A stretch of 64,000 nt of DNA from contig CAZTZB010000002.1 of the NCBI GenBank assembly GCA_964617505.1, forward strand, positions 24,501-88,500, written 5' to 3'. How positions within the stretch are numbered: position 1 is the first letter of the stretch; each line of letters opens with the position of its first letter. The position numbers were made by a program, and so were the translations under genes. This stretch comes from an uncultured Peptostreptococcaceae bacterium. Its GTDB lineage: Bacteria > Bacillota > Clostridia > Peptostreptococcales > BM714. Below the pieces are notes generated by a model, which saw only the letters and a program-made list of their open reading frames with translations, searched no databases and was not told where the DNA came from. Below are positions 10,346 through 19,943 of the stretch, piece by piece.

Positions 10346-11313
10346 AACCCTTCCCCTCCCACAGGATAGAAGCATCTGACCTTGTGAAGGCCCTCCCCTG
10401 CAAGCTTGGGCATCTCATTAGCGCAAACATATTTTCTACGCTCACAGCGTTCTATGAAAGGGCATCTCATTGTATTGTCCCCAAATCTTGTCTGACCCCC
10501 AGGCAATGCATACATGTCTTCATTTTTTTCTATTGCCGACTCAATGCTTCGAACGAGTCCCGCAGAATACGGATGGTCGGCTCCTTCAATAAATTGATTG
10601 ACCGTCCCCTCCTCCACAACCATTCCATGGTACATTACTATGATCCTATCGCTAAGGAGTCTTGCCAACTCAAAATCCCTTGTCATTACGATTATAGATA
10701 TCCTGTACTCAATACTTATTCTCTTTAGGAGCACCAGCATCCCTTTTTTCGCCATGCCGCCATAGTTTTCCGCAGGCTCCTCAATAATAAGTATTTTAGG
10801 TCTGCATATGCTAGCCATTGCCAGCCCTATTCTAAATAAAAGTTCATCTTCGAGTTGGGATGTAAAGGCCTTTCTTATTCTCTTGGGATCCTCGATTCCA
10901 AGGCTCTTAAGGACTTCGTCGACTCCGATTTGCCCACCTTCAAATCCATAGTGTTTTTCCAATTCCTTCAATTGCTTGCCTATGGTCAGATAGGGATTAA
11001 GCACGCTTCTCGGATTTCCAAATACATATGAGATTTCACTCCCACGAATTTTTCTCAAATCGGATTCATCCATAGAAAGAATGTCATGTTCCAAATAAAT
11101 AGCCTCTCCAGATAGATTGTATTGATTTTTATTTAAAAGCCCAAGCAATGCCTTGGGTAAATATTCCTTGCCGCTGCCGCTTTCGCCGATAATTCCCAAT
11201 ATTCCGCCCTGCTCAAGCTGAAAATCCATGTTTCGTATAAGCTTTTCCGTTTTTCCAATTAGCTTCTCGGAAACAGAAAGATTGCCGACCCTGAGTATTG
11301 TTTTATGTCTCAT
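10342..11313 (-). CDS. ABC transporter ATP-binding protein (OppD/DppD-like) with Cys-rich C-terminal extension
   Basis: Walker A GESGSGKE and Walker B ILIIEEP. The C-terminal CPFIERCERRKYVC motif is typical of Opp/Dpp ATPase tails. Confidence 0.88.
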   Translation of the reverse strand: MRHKTILRVGNLSVSEKLIGKTEKLIRNMDFQLEQGGILGIIGESGSGKEYLPKALLGLLNKNQYNLSGEAIYLEHDILSMDESDLRKIRGSEISYVFGNPRSVLNPYLTIGKQLKELEKHYGFEGGQIGVDEVLKSLGIEDPKRIRKAFTSQLEDELLFRIGLAMASICRPKILIIEEPAENYGGMAKKGMLVLLKRISIEYRISIIVMTRDFELARLLSDRIIVMYHGMVVEEGTVNQFIEGADHPYSAGLVRSIESAIEKNEDMYALPGGQTRFGDNTMRCPFIERCERRKYVCANEMPKLAGEGLHKVRCFYPVGGEGL

Positions 11314-11323
11314 GTTTTTCCTC

Positions 11324-13375
11324 CTATCGGCCGAGCCTTAAAATGGTCTCAACTATCATGTTGCCGAGGTCTTCAACATCCATAAAGCTTCCTGCATACG
11401 GCTCAAAGCCAAGCCTTATTGTATCAATACCACTTTCTTCAATCATTGTTTCCTCAGCGAAGCTTTGAATCTTACTATATTCAAAAGGATAATCCTTTTC
11501 ATGCAAAACAGACATTATTCTGCTGTCTACCCTTGCCGAGTAACCTGGATTGTCTATTTCCGCTCTATAAACCACAATGCCGGAATCCTCTTGATAAACC
11601 CCAGTCAAATCAATATAAAGAGCGACTTTTTCCTTGCTAAACGGCATGTTCTTCGAAAAGAATTCCATTCCCTCTCCTTCTTCTCCTCCCGCAGAATCGA
11701 AAAACGCAAAAGCAATTGTCTTATCTATTCTATCTTTCCTTCGAGCCAGCTGGCTCGCAAGCTCAAGTCCAAATTCTATCTTTCCGCTCTTTATAGGTTC
11801 ATACTGCCAACCATAGGACAATCCAATGATTATTATTTCTTCATTTGCACATCCCGTGTTTTCAAGCTCTCCTAAAACATAGACGCCTTGGCCATCGTTT
11901 GATTTCGCTATTTGCCTGTAAGATAGCTCCCCTATCCCATTAGCAAAAGCTTCGGCCAGCTCTTCGCTTATAGTCAGAATCGGTTTAGCGGATAGTTCGC
12001 TCCCCTGGGCAGTGTGACGATATCTCATCTCGGCTCCTACAATTAAAACGCCTCTTGCTCCATATTCCGATAGTAGTTTATCCGCAAAATTTATAATATC
12101 CTCGTCACTATATCTGCGCTTTCCAATCAATACCCAACTGCCTGAAAAATCCCGATGGCTTTCATCCAATGAATAATAATCCATTCTTCGTCCGTCGAAT
12201 ACCTTCCCAGATACATCGAATCTTCCGAAGGTGTCTGCAAAGTAATCTCTGCCGGTCAAGTACTTGATTTTATCTTCTCCTGAGACAAAAGTCAGCTCAT
12301 CGTAAATTGGCGCATAGCTTTCGTTTCTTTCATAACTTTGCATAAGAGAATCCGAAACCGGTGAAAAGCCTATCTTCTCTAATTCGTCTGCTATCATCCG
12401 GGCTCTTTCACCAGCCTCTTCGCTGCCCGGAATCAGTTCTCCCGTTCTTTCAAAGTCTAGTTCATGGCGCATATCCGACATGCTAAAGTCAGGAATAAAA
12501 AGATTTAAATATACAAACAGAACCGCCAAAACCGATGCTATGCATAGCGCTACTGCGATTGCCGAGAATCTCAATTTGTCATATGGATTCTCAATCAAGC
12601 GCCTGCTTCTTATCCTCATACCTTCCGCCATAAGATTAAAAGCAAATATAACTATAAAAAACGCACATGCCATGTAAAGAGCAAGCCATGGCTTTTCCTG
12701 CCAATACGGAAGAAATTGTACACCTGTCTTTGACCCGATGTCTAAGCTTTCAAAGAGTCCATAGAATACGCAAAGTTGCGCTATAAGTGTCAATACTCTT
12801 GCTGTTTGATCAAAAAACATAGCCGGAAGGTCATCCTTTAAGAGTCTCCACATATTTCCAAAGGCAACAGAAGAATATCCTTTACCTGCAGCATCGCGGC
12901 CTTTTGATGCCATGCCGTCCTGAAGCTCTTTCATCCCAATCGAAATTCTTTGTGCCTCTCCGCTCCAGCCGACAAGGCTCAACACGGCTGTAAAAACCAC
13001 CGAAAATGTTGCGTCGAACCTTCCGCCTGCAAATATTCCCACAAGGACAAGCAGACTGACTATTATGGGTGGTAAAATCTTGAAAACTGATTCAAATAGG
13101 CTTATCAGCTTTCCTGCGACCCAGCTGCCAATGCCTGCCATAAGCCCAATCACAATTGCAATTATAAGGCGAATTGCCGCAACCAAAACTGCTATAAGTG
13201 AAGCGATACGGATTCCGCTCATTATAAAACACAGATATTCGATTTCGCTTAAATTCATTATATTATCCAAAGAATAGATTCTTGCAGGAAGCATGAATTC
13301 GGGAAAAAGCATAAGTAAAAGAAGAGCAAAAGTCAATATGGAGCCCGCTGCCAAATGGTAGTTTCTCTTTTCCAT
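11324..13375 (-). CDS. ABC permease (OppC-like, N-terminal ~290 aa) + extra TM + C-terminal ~380-aa degenerate M28/PA peptidase-like ectodomain
   Basis: Multiple TM segments sit in the first 290 aa, followed by a basic loop (RIRSRRL), an additional TM helix (FSAIAVALCIASVLAVLFVY) and a soluble domain with M28-like strings (IIIIGLSYG, TIAFAFFDSAGGEEGEGMEFF, ALYIDLTG). Confidence 0.72.
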   Translation of the reverse strand: MEKRNYHLAAGSILTFALLLLMLFPEFMLPARIYSLDNIMNLSEIEYLCFIMSGIRIASLIAVLVAAIRLIIAIVIGLMAGIGSWVAGKLISLFESVFKILPPIIVSLLVLVGIFAGGRFDATFSVVFTAVLSLVGWSGEAQRISIGMKELQDGMASKGRDAAGKGYSSVAFGNMWRLLKDDLPAMFFDQTARVLTLIAQLCVFYGLFESLDIGSKTGVQFLPYWQEKPWLALYMACAFFIVIFAFNLMAEGMRIRSRRLIENPYDKLRFSAIAVALCIASVLAVLFVYLNLFIPDFSMSDMRHELDFERTGELIPGSEEAGERARMIADELEKIGFSPVSDSLMQSYERNESYAPIYDELTFVSGEDKIKYLTGRDYFADTFGRFDVSGKVFDGRRMDYYSLDESHRDFSGSWVLIGKRRYSDEDIINFADKLLSEYGARGVLIVGAEMRYRHTAQGSELSAKPILTISEELAEAFANGIGELSYRQIAKSNDGQGVYVLGELENTGCANEEIIIIGLSYGWQYEPIKSGKIEFGLELASQLARRKDRIDKTIAFAFFDSAGGEEGEGMEFFSKNMPFSKEKVALYIDLTGVYQEDSGIVVYRAEIDNPGYSARVDSRIMSVLHEKDYPFEYSKIQSFAEETMIEESGIDTIRLGFEPYAGSFMDVEDLGNMIVETILRLGR

Positions 13376-13376
13376 A

Positions 13377-15740
13377 TCAATACCCTCCCTTCGGATTCAG
13401 GAGAGCGACAAGTGCCTTAGAAAGCAGCACAGACACAATATATACGAATCCTATTAAAATCATTGCCGAAAAAACCGTTTTCGGGCTGTTAATTTCCACA
13501 AGCAAGCGGTTCATGATACCCGGCAAAGCGAATAAATACTCAACCACTATTAGATTTGACAAGACAATCACCATCAATTTAGGAATAAGCTTCAAAGCAT
13601 TTATGAATACTCCCTTTAAAATATGTCTCGATATTTCTGTTCTTGTAAAGCCCCTAGCTTTTGCCAAAAGAACATAATCCTTATGCATTTCTCCTGCAGC
13701 CAATCTTGACACCTCTCCAGAAAGCCAAAGAAGCGGAAGAATTGCCATTGAAATTATAGGAAGCGTCAATGTTTCAAAACCAAGCAGCAAGGTCCCTCCA
13801 TCTGCCATATCAACTACGATATATAGAGTTGAAACATACAAAAGAGCAAGTGCAATAAATGCCTGCGGAACTGACAATACCATAAGCGGCAATATTCCCC
13901 TGCCTTCCAATTTCCCTCCGCGCATCGTCCCGCGATGCATCCCAGCAAGAAGACCCCCCATAAATGCTATAGCTGCAGATGCGGTCGCTATCCCAACACT
14001 TAAAGCAAAACTTTCATCAAATATATTATTGAAATCTTCAATTCCAACATTCTTTATAAAGGAATATATTCTTTCACATGTGCCGTTAAACGACCTTAAA
14101 TCCAGTAGCTGCAGGTTTGACACAAAGGCAGTCAGCGCTATTACCCCCAAAGCCAGAGCTGCAAAGCTTGCCAGATCCTCCACCAGCATACGCAGGCTTG
14201 AAAAATACAATCTGCCAATTGATTTGCTTCCAAAGTATGCGCCAGGATGTCTTCTATTGATTGTATAGAAAGCAAATGAAATATAGAGAAAGGCAATAAG
14301 AATCAGTCCGAACACAGACGCTCCAATATCCATGTATCCCGAGTAAGGCATATCATAGCAATCAGCCTCTATAAAGTCGAGACATACGGACAGGTTTTCT
14401 GTAAACACAGTCTTGTTCCATTGCCCCATATTGTCTTTTGGAGTAGCGCTAATCCCATTAAGTTCTTCTCTTGATGCGCTGGCAAGCATCACAGCCGAAA
14501 GCCCTGCTTGACTCAAGGCTTTATGGCTTCCCTCTAAATAGGCATCTTCAATATCGAATAGGTCCACATAAAAAAAGGAATTCGGTGTGCAATGGTCTTT
14601 AATAATCATTTCTGCAAGCTTTTCCGATGAAGAACTGCCTGCATAGTAAACAAGCTCTGTCTTATTCGAATTCTTCCATCCGAGATTATTCAAAAATATG
14701 AACTCCGTTTTTTCAAGCGGAAACAAGGGATTATTAATGTATTCATTCATCCCGGCGGCTCCTGTTTTTTCGCCGTCAAGAAACATAAAAACAATGTTTT
14801 TCCTGGGAAGCAAATTGCTTTCACTTAGTTTTTTTGAAAGCTCCAAAAGCCCCGAAACACCGCTTGCATTGTCTATGACTCCAGGCGCATAGCCGCTTTC
14901 GCCGTACCTTCCATAGCCATCGTATCCTGTTGCTATAATCAAGCATTCCTTGCTTTTCAGAGCCGGAATATAAGCAATTATATTTTCACCCGCAAGATAT
15001 GGAAATCCTATTTTTACGCGAATCCTAGCCCCGCCAAAGACTCCATCCTCAGCGCCGTCACTCAGCTTGTCATATACCTTCCCTGTTATACGTGCCACAA
15101 AAATGGATTCGATGCTCTTTCCCGAAGCATCGACACTCTTTACTTCAATTTTAGATCCGTCAGATTCCCCATCGTAATAAAGTATGCCTTGTCCCCCGCT
15201 CCTAATAGCGTGAATCTTAGCTTCATATGTAAGATTGCTTGTCCTTGCCGCAACCACGCGGCCCGCAAGCATATAGCCTGGAATATCCTCTATAGGTCCA
15301 TCAGCGAGCAGTATTTCCCCCACATAGTCTATGCTTCCTCCCAAACCTTTCGTCAAGGGATTGTAGTCTTTGTATATTTCAAGGGTATCTTCAAAGCCTG
15401 CGCCTTTATCTTCAAGCTTGAATTCTGCGGATTCGACAATAGCCGTAGTTGCATAAAATGGAATCCCATATCCCTCTCCACCTAGGCTTTCAATATCTTG
15501 CCCACTCAATACACCCTTTATGTATTCTGATGTTTTTCCCCCTCCAGGGCTTCCTATCTGCCGTCCTTCATAGGCATCATCCGTCAGTTCATCTATGTGT
15601 ACAAACGCTTCCACTTCGTCTATTTCGCCATTTATAGCTTTGCCTCTTGAAGTATTGCTGTAGAAAAATAAGGCGAGCAAAAGCAGGGGTATGAGCAAAA
15701 TTACTATTGTATAAAATTTATTTTTTTTCAACAATCCCAC
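13377..15740 (-). CDS. ABC permease (OppB-like) with a ~440-aa M28/PA peptidase-like domain inserted between TM1 and TM2
   Basis: An N-terminal TM is followed by M28-like motifs (YEGRQIGSPGG; NIIAYIP..LIIATGYDG; APGVIDNASGVSGLLELS; IVFMFLDGEKTGAAGMNEY; EGSHKAL). The C-terminal permease core carries an EAA-like loop (LLAKARGFTRTEISRHILKG). The ORF begins with GTG, so the exact start is uncertain. Confidence 0.78.
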   Translation of the reverse strand: MGLLKKNKFYTIVILLIPLLLLALFFYSNTSRGKAINGEIDEVEAFVHIDELTDDAYEGRQIGSPGGGKTSEYIKGVLSGQDIESLGGEGYGIPFYATTAIVESAEFKLEDKGAGFEDTLEIYKDYNPLTKGLGGSIDYVGEILLADGPIEDIPGYMLAGRVVAARTSNLTYEAKIHAIRSGGQGILYYDGESDGSKIEVKSVDASGKSIESIFVARITGKVYDKLSDGAEDGVFGGARIRVKIGFPYLAGENIIAYIPALKSKECLIIATGYDGYGRYGESGYAPGVIDNASGVSGLLELSKKLSESNLLPRKNIVFMFLDGEKTGAAGMNEYINNPLFPLEKTEFIFLNNLGWKNSNKTELVYYAGSSSSEKLAEMIIKDHCTPNSFFYVDLFDIEDAYLEGSHKALSQAGLSAVMLASASREELNGISATPKDNMGQWNKTVFTENLSVCLDFIEADCYDMPYSGYMDIGASVFGLILIAFLYISFAFYTINRRHPGAYFGSKSIGRLYFSSLRMLVEDLASFAALALGVIALTAFVSNLQLLDLRSFNGTCERIYSFIKNVGIEDFNNIFDESFALSVGIATASAAIAFMGGLLAGMHRGTMRGGKLEGRGILPLMVLSVPQAFIALALLYVSTLYIVVDMADGGTLLLGFETLTLPIISMAILPLLWLSGEVSRLAAGEMHKDYVLLAKARGFTRTEISRHILKGVFINALKLIPKLMVIVLSNLIVVEYLFALPGIMNRLLVEINSPKTVFSAMILIGFVYIVSVLLSKALVALLNPKGGY

Positions 15741-15768
15741 CGCCTATGAATACCTTCTTTAATAATTT

Positions 15769-15805
15769 CAAGAAAACACCCTACCTTTTGCGAGGTGTTT
15801 TCTTG
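15769..15805 (-). terminator. 12-bp hairpin between the FAD-oxidoreductase gene and the ABC operon (possible terminator)
   Basis: CAAGAAAACACC-N13-GGTGTTTTCTTG. No clean U-tract follows on either strand. Confidence 0.4.
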
Positions 15806-15834
15806 AAATTAAATGTACGATTCAAAATATATTC

Positions 15835-17223
15835 CTATGCTTTCTCCATGCTTTGCCTTGCAAAGCTAACCCCGTTTACGCTAGCCTGCATAAGTCCTCG
15901 CGTTATTCCGGCTCCGTCCCCAAGTGCATAGAGATTCGATATATTCGTTTCAAAATTCTTGCCAACCTTTACCCTGTTGGAATAGAATTTAACCTCTACA
16001 CCATATAGGAGCGTTCCATTGCTTGCTATTCCCGGAACTATATTGTCTAAGGCTTTAAGCATTTCATCAATATCCTTCATAATCCTATACGGCAAAACAA
16101 GAGACAAATCACCTGGAACAGCATCAACAAGCGTCGGAACAATATTGTTTCTGGCGAGCCTTTGAACGGTAGTCCTTCTGCCACGCCTAAAATCCTCATA
16201 GCGCTGAACTATGACCTTGTTTCCAGAAAGCATGTTTCCGAGCTGGGCAATATGCTTTCCATATGCCAAGGGCGCATTAAAGGGCTCAGTAAAATGCTTG
16301 GTGACGAGGAGCGCAAAGTTTGTGTTTGCAGTCTTTTTCTCCTCGGACTTATAGCTGTGCCCATTTACAACAGCCAAATTGTCATCATAATACTCTGTTG
16401 AAACTTCTCCCCCGGGATTGTTGCAGAATGTCCTTACCTTGTCGTCAAAGGTGGGCGTATAGTATACAAGCTTGCTCTCGTACATGTTTTCATCAAGCTC
16501 CCGCGTGATTTCACGGCGCGTCTCCACCCTTACCCCTATATCGACATCCCCCACCTCTGTATCTATTGAGTATTTCTCGCAAATAGCCTTAAACCATTCA
16601 GAGCCTTCCCTTCCAATGGATGCTACAATTTTTTCGCCATAGTACTCTTTGTCAGCCACTACTCCGCATATGGCGCCGTTCTCAATCAGAAGGTCCTTTA
16701 CAGGATTTCTGAAGGAAAGCTCCACCCCTATTTCCTTCAAGTGCTTTTGCAGCTCAGTGTATATTGTGTTTCCAACTTCCGTTCCCATATGTCTTATTGG
16801 ACATTCTATCAAATTAAGATTACTCTCTATAGCCTTTTTGCGTATGGATTTTATGCCTTCGCTCTCATCCATTCCGTATACCCTTTTGTCAGCGCCAAAT
16901 TTAATGTAGAGTTCGTCTACATAAGCAATCAGGCTTCGAGTCTCCTCTCGGCCAATATAGCTCGGCAGATTACCGCCAACTTCCTCAGAAAGCGACAGCT
17001 TTCCATCCGACCAAGCTCCGGCTCCTGCAAAGCCCGTCGTTATATTGCATGGATTGCAACCCACGCACTTTCCTGTTATGCGTTTAGGACATGTGCGTTT
17101 TTCTATTGGATTTCCCTTTTCAAGCATCAGTATTTTACATGATTCGTCCAATTTCTTCAATTCAAGCGCGGCAAATATTCCCGAAGGTCCCGCCCCTACT
17201 ATGATGTAATCCCATTTTTTCAT
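15835..17223 (-). CDS. FAD-dependent oxidoreductase (uncharacterised COG2509-like dehydrogenase)
   Basis: N-terminal Rossmann motif DYIIVGAGPSGIFAA and C-terminal GDGAG. Length is 462 aa. Confidence 0.78.
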   Translation of the reverse strand: MKKWDYIIVGAGPSGIFAALELKKLDESCKILMLEKGNPIEKRTCPKRITGKCVGCNPCNITTGFAGAGAWSDGKLSLSEEVGGNLPSYIGREETRSLIAYVDELYIKFGADKRVYGMDESEGIKSIRKKAIESNLNLIECPIRHMGTEVGNTIYTELQKHLKEIGVELSFRNPVKDLLIENGAICGVVADKEYYGEKIVASIGREGSEWFKAICEKYSIDTEVGDVDIGVRVETRREITRELDENMYESKLVYYTPTFDDKVRTFCNNPGGEVSTEYYDDNLAVVNGHSYKSEEKKTANTNFALLVTKHFTEPFNAPLAYGKHIAQLGNMLSGNKVIVQRYEDFRRGRRTTVQRLARNNIVPTLVDAVPGDLSLVLPYRIMKDIDEMLKALDNIVPGIASNGTLLYGVEVKFYSNRVKVGKNFETNISNLYALGDGAGITRGLMQASVNGVSFARQSMEKA

Positions 17224-17334
17224 AATTCTTATCCCTCACCTTCTATTTTCCCTTACACCTTATAATACCAAAAGAGCGGATTGAAATAAACAGGCATACC
17301 CTCTTATTCTTGATAAACGACGCTTTTCAATGCA

Positions 17335-17362
17335 AAAAGCCCCTGCGCGTTTTGCGTAGGGG
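17335..17362 (-). terminator. Rho-independent terminator after the threonine-dehydrogenase-like gene
   Basis: Minus strand reads CCCCUACGC-AAAAC-GCGCAGGGG followed by CUUUUUG. Confidence 0.7.
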
Positions 17363-17399
17363 TTTTAATAGATTCATATATTTACATAATTTCTTGTTT

Positions 17400-18365
17400 C
17401 TATAAAACCTTATCTTTTATATTTAGCTTTACGGTCAATTTTTCGAGCATATCAAGTGTCATGGAATCGAGATCGTATGTCGGTTTCCAACCCCATTCCT
17501 TTCTGGCAACGGAATCGTCAAGTCTATCCGGCCAAGAATCGGCAATCTTTTGAAGCTCGGGCTTTAGGTCGTAAGTCATTGTAAAACCAGGAATATATTT
17601 CTTTATTGCCATATATATTTCTTCGGGTTCGAAGCTCATTGCAGCTACGTTGAAGGCATTTCTGTGCTTGAGCTTTGAGGGGTCCGCATCCATTAGCCCT
17701 ACAATTGCATTTAAGGCATCAGGCATATACATCATGTCCATATATGTTCCTTTTTTGACGGGACATGCAAACTTGCCACTCTTAAGCGCCTCGTAGTAAA
17801 TATGTACCGCATAGTCGGTCGTGCCTCCACCTGGTAGTGTTTCATTTGAGATGAGTCCGGGGAACCTGACTCCCCTCGTATCAACTCCGTATTTCATATT
17901 GTAATAGTCGCATAAGATTTCTCCCGCAACCTTTGTAACTCCATACATTGTAGTGGGACGTTGAAGAGTGTCTTGTGGTGTATCAATTTTGGGAGTATCC
18001 GGTCCAAAAGCAGCTATAGAGCTGGGTGTAAAAACAGAAACGCCCGTTTCCCTCGCTACTTCCAAAACATTGAAAAGCCCTCCCATATTTACATTCCATG
18101 CCAGGGTAGGATTTTTTTCTCCGGTTGCCGACAATATTGCCGCCAGATGAACCACCCAGTCAATCTTATGTTTTTCAATCAATCTTTTTAGCCCTGCTCC
18201 ATCTGAAACATCCAGAAGCTCAAATGGACCTTCATTCGCCACTGGAATGTCTTTCTTAACTATATCACTTACTATGACTTGATCTTTGCCATGTATTTTT
18301 CTGAGTCCGGCGGCCAACTCCGAACCAATCTGCCCTAGCGATCCGGTAATAAGTATTCTTCCCAC
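17400..18365 (-). CDS. NAD-dependent epimerase/dehydratase-family enzyme, L-threonine 3-dehydrogenase-like
   Basis: GTG start behind GGTGGAGGTG. ILITGSLGQIGSEL Rossmann motif and catalytic YGVTK. The overall pattern matches extended-SDR threonine dehydrogenases. Confidence 0.72.
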   Translation of the reverse strand: MGRILITGSLGQIGSELAAGLRKIHGKDQVIVSDIVKKDIPVANEGPFELLDVSDGAGLKRLIEKHKIDWVVHLAAILSATGEKNPTLAWNVNMGGLFNVLEVARETGVSVFTPSSIAAFGPDTPKIDTPQDTLQRPTTMYGVTKVAGEILCDYYNMKYGVDTRGVRFPGLISNETLPGGGTTDYAVHIYYEALKSGKFACPVKKGTYMDMMYMPDALNAIVGLMDADPSKLKHRNAFNVAAMSFEPEEIYMAIKKYIPGFTMTYDLKPELQKIADSWPDRLDDSVARKEWGWKPTYDLDSMTLDMLEKLTVKLNIKDKVL

Positions 18366-18620
18366 AAAAGCACCTCCACCATTATTTAAGTCCTCACTTG
18401 AATTATAATCTTATGGAAATGCTTTTTCAACAGTTTTGTACTCCACCGGTGAACATTATTTGCATATATGTTTCTTCATCGCTTTTTGATCACAATTTAT
18501 ATTTCCCATACCCCTTGCATTTTCAAAGTTCTAGCCTCAAATTATGATTTATATGGTTTTTTAATTTTTTCTGAAAATTCTTTCAAATTCAAACATTTGT
18601 CTTTTCCTTGCAAACAAAAC

Positions 18621-18643
18621 AAGAAGCCCTTAAAGGGCTTCTT
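18621..18643 (-). terminator. Terminator after the HesB-like selenoprotein gene
   Basis: Minus strand reads AAGAAGCCC-UUUAA-GGGCUUCUU followed by GUUUUGUUUG. Confidence 0.65.
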
Positions 18644-18661
18644 GAAAAACTTTACTGTTAT

Positions 18662-18976
18662 TTATCCGCAGGAGCTGCAGCTTTCACAACCTCCGCCTTG
18701 AATGGCGCTTACAGGTCTGACTCCATAACCGTTGCCAATCTTTTCTACCATCAATTCACCGAATTCGTCAATGATATAATCCTCGACAACAAATTTTAAT
18801 CCTGACGATTCATCAGTGAAATCGCCTTCTTTTTGCTCGTCCAGAGCAAGCCCGAATGACGGACCGCTTCAGCCCATTCCCGCTATGTGGATTCTTAATG
18901 TTTCACTCTCGGGTTTGTTCTCTTCAATAAAAGCCTTTATTGAATCAATTGTAGATTCATCTATATGAACTTTCAA
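18662..18976 (-). CDS. HesB/IscA-like selenoprotein (104 aa, in-frame UGA = Sec at codon 36)
   Basis: TTG start lies 5 nt after GGAGGGG. Translation: MKVHIDESTIDSIKAFIEENKPESETLRIHIAGMG-U-SGPSFGLALDEQKEGDF...GGGCESCSSCG. The TGA (18869-18871) sits where HesB/IscA proteins have the conserved Cys (G-x-G-C-S-G). A hairpin follows it directly. The gene is absent from the ORF track. Confidence 0.7.
18845..18868 (-). promoter_or_regulatory. Candidate bacterial SECIS hairpin immediately 3' of the UGA
   Basis: AGCGGUCCG-UCAUU-CGGGC(U)UGCU forms 9 bp with one bulged U and starts at the first nucleotide after UGA. Confidence 0.45.
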
Positions 18977-19058
18977 TTGTACCCCTCCTTTAATGTAAAT
19001 AATTATCATTTAAAAATACTTCTATATTATAATACCCTAAAAGCTTCAATGCAAGCAA

Positions 19059-19868
19059 TTAAATTATTTCAATTATTCCGGCCATTCGACCCGTTCTACC
19101 CTTGTCCCCGCGGTGCGAATAAAACAAATCTTCCCTGCAATAGGTACAAAGCCCTGCCATATCTATATTTTCCTCTCTAAGACCCGCTCTAATCAGACCA
19201 AGCCTATTCGACTCCCAGATATCCACCTTGCACCTTCCGGGATTTTCAGACATGGATACGACCGACTTTCCATACAGTTTAACAAAAACTTCGGCTAAAT
19301 CTTCTTCCATTTCCAAGCAGCAAGGTCCTATCGATGGCCCAACCGCGGCAATGCAATCCGACGCTTTTGTTCCAAATGACCTTGCCATGGCTTCTATTGT
19401 TTTGCGGCCTATTTCCTTTGCCGTCCCCTTCCATCCTGCATGGGCAATACCTATGGCTTTATGCACCGGATCCGCAATAAAAATCCCTGCGCAGTCGGCA
19501 AAATACGCAATGAGCGGCTTTCCGGGAAGATTGGTAACCAATCCATCCGTTTCAAGAGAACACTTCCCAAGCCAGAAACTTTCTCCATGAAAACTTTCAT
19601 CTATAACCGCTATGCAGTCACCATGAACCTGATTTGTAAAAACCGCATTCTTCAGGTCATACCCAAAGTCATCTGCAAGCTTCTTGTAATTCATCAAAAC
19701 GGATTCGCGGCTGTCCTCCGTAAGGAGACCCATATTCAATCCCTTGAAGGGGCCTTGACTGAATCCGCCCTTCTTTGTTGTAACGCAGTGCTTCAAAAAA
19801 TCAAGCGCGCCAAGCTTGGAAAACTGCAAATAGCTTTCTCTTCCCTTATTTTCGATTCGACAAGACAT
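19059..19868 (-). CDS. pgeF: Purine nucleoside phosphorylase/laccase-domain protein YfiH/PgeF family
   Basis: 269 aa with family strings (QVHGD, TDG, ADCAGIF, HAGWKGT, CTYC..FYSHRRD-like). Confidence 0.85.
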   Translation of the reverse strand: MSCRIENKGRESYLQFSKLGALDFLKHCVTTKKGGFSQGPFKGLNMGLLTEDSRESVLMNYKKLADDFGYDLKNAVFTNQVHGDCIAVIDESFHGESFWLGKCSLETDGLVTNLPGKPLIAYFADCAGIFIADPVHKAIGIAHAGWKGTAKEIGRKTIEAMARSFGTKASDCIAAVGPSIGPCCLEMEEDLAEVFVKLYGKSVVSMSENPGRCKVDIWESNRLGLIRAGLREENIDMAGLCTYCREDLFYSHRGDKGRTGRMAGIIEII

Positions 19869-19943
19869 GAACTCACCACCATTTTTATATTTAAACCATC
19901 ATAACACAAAAGCGCAAATGTATAATCCAACCGGCATAGATTT

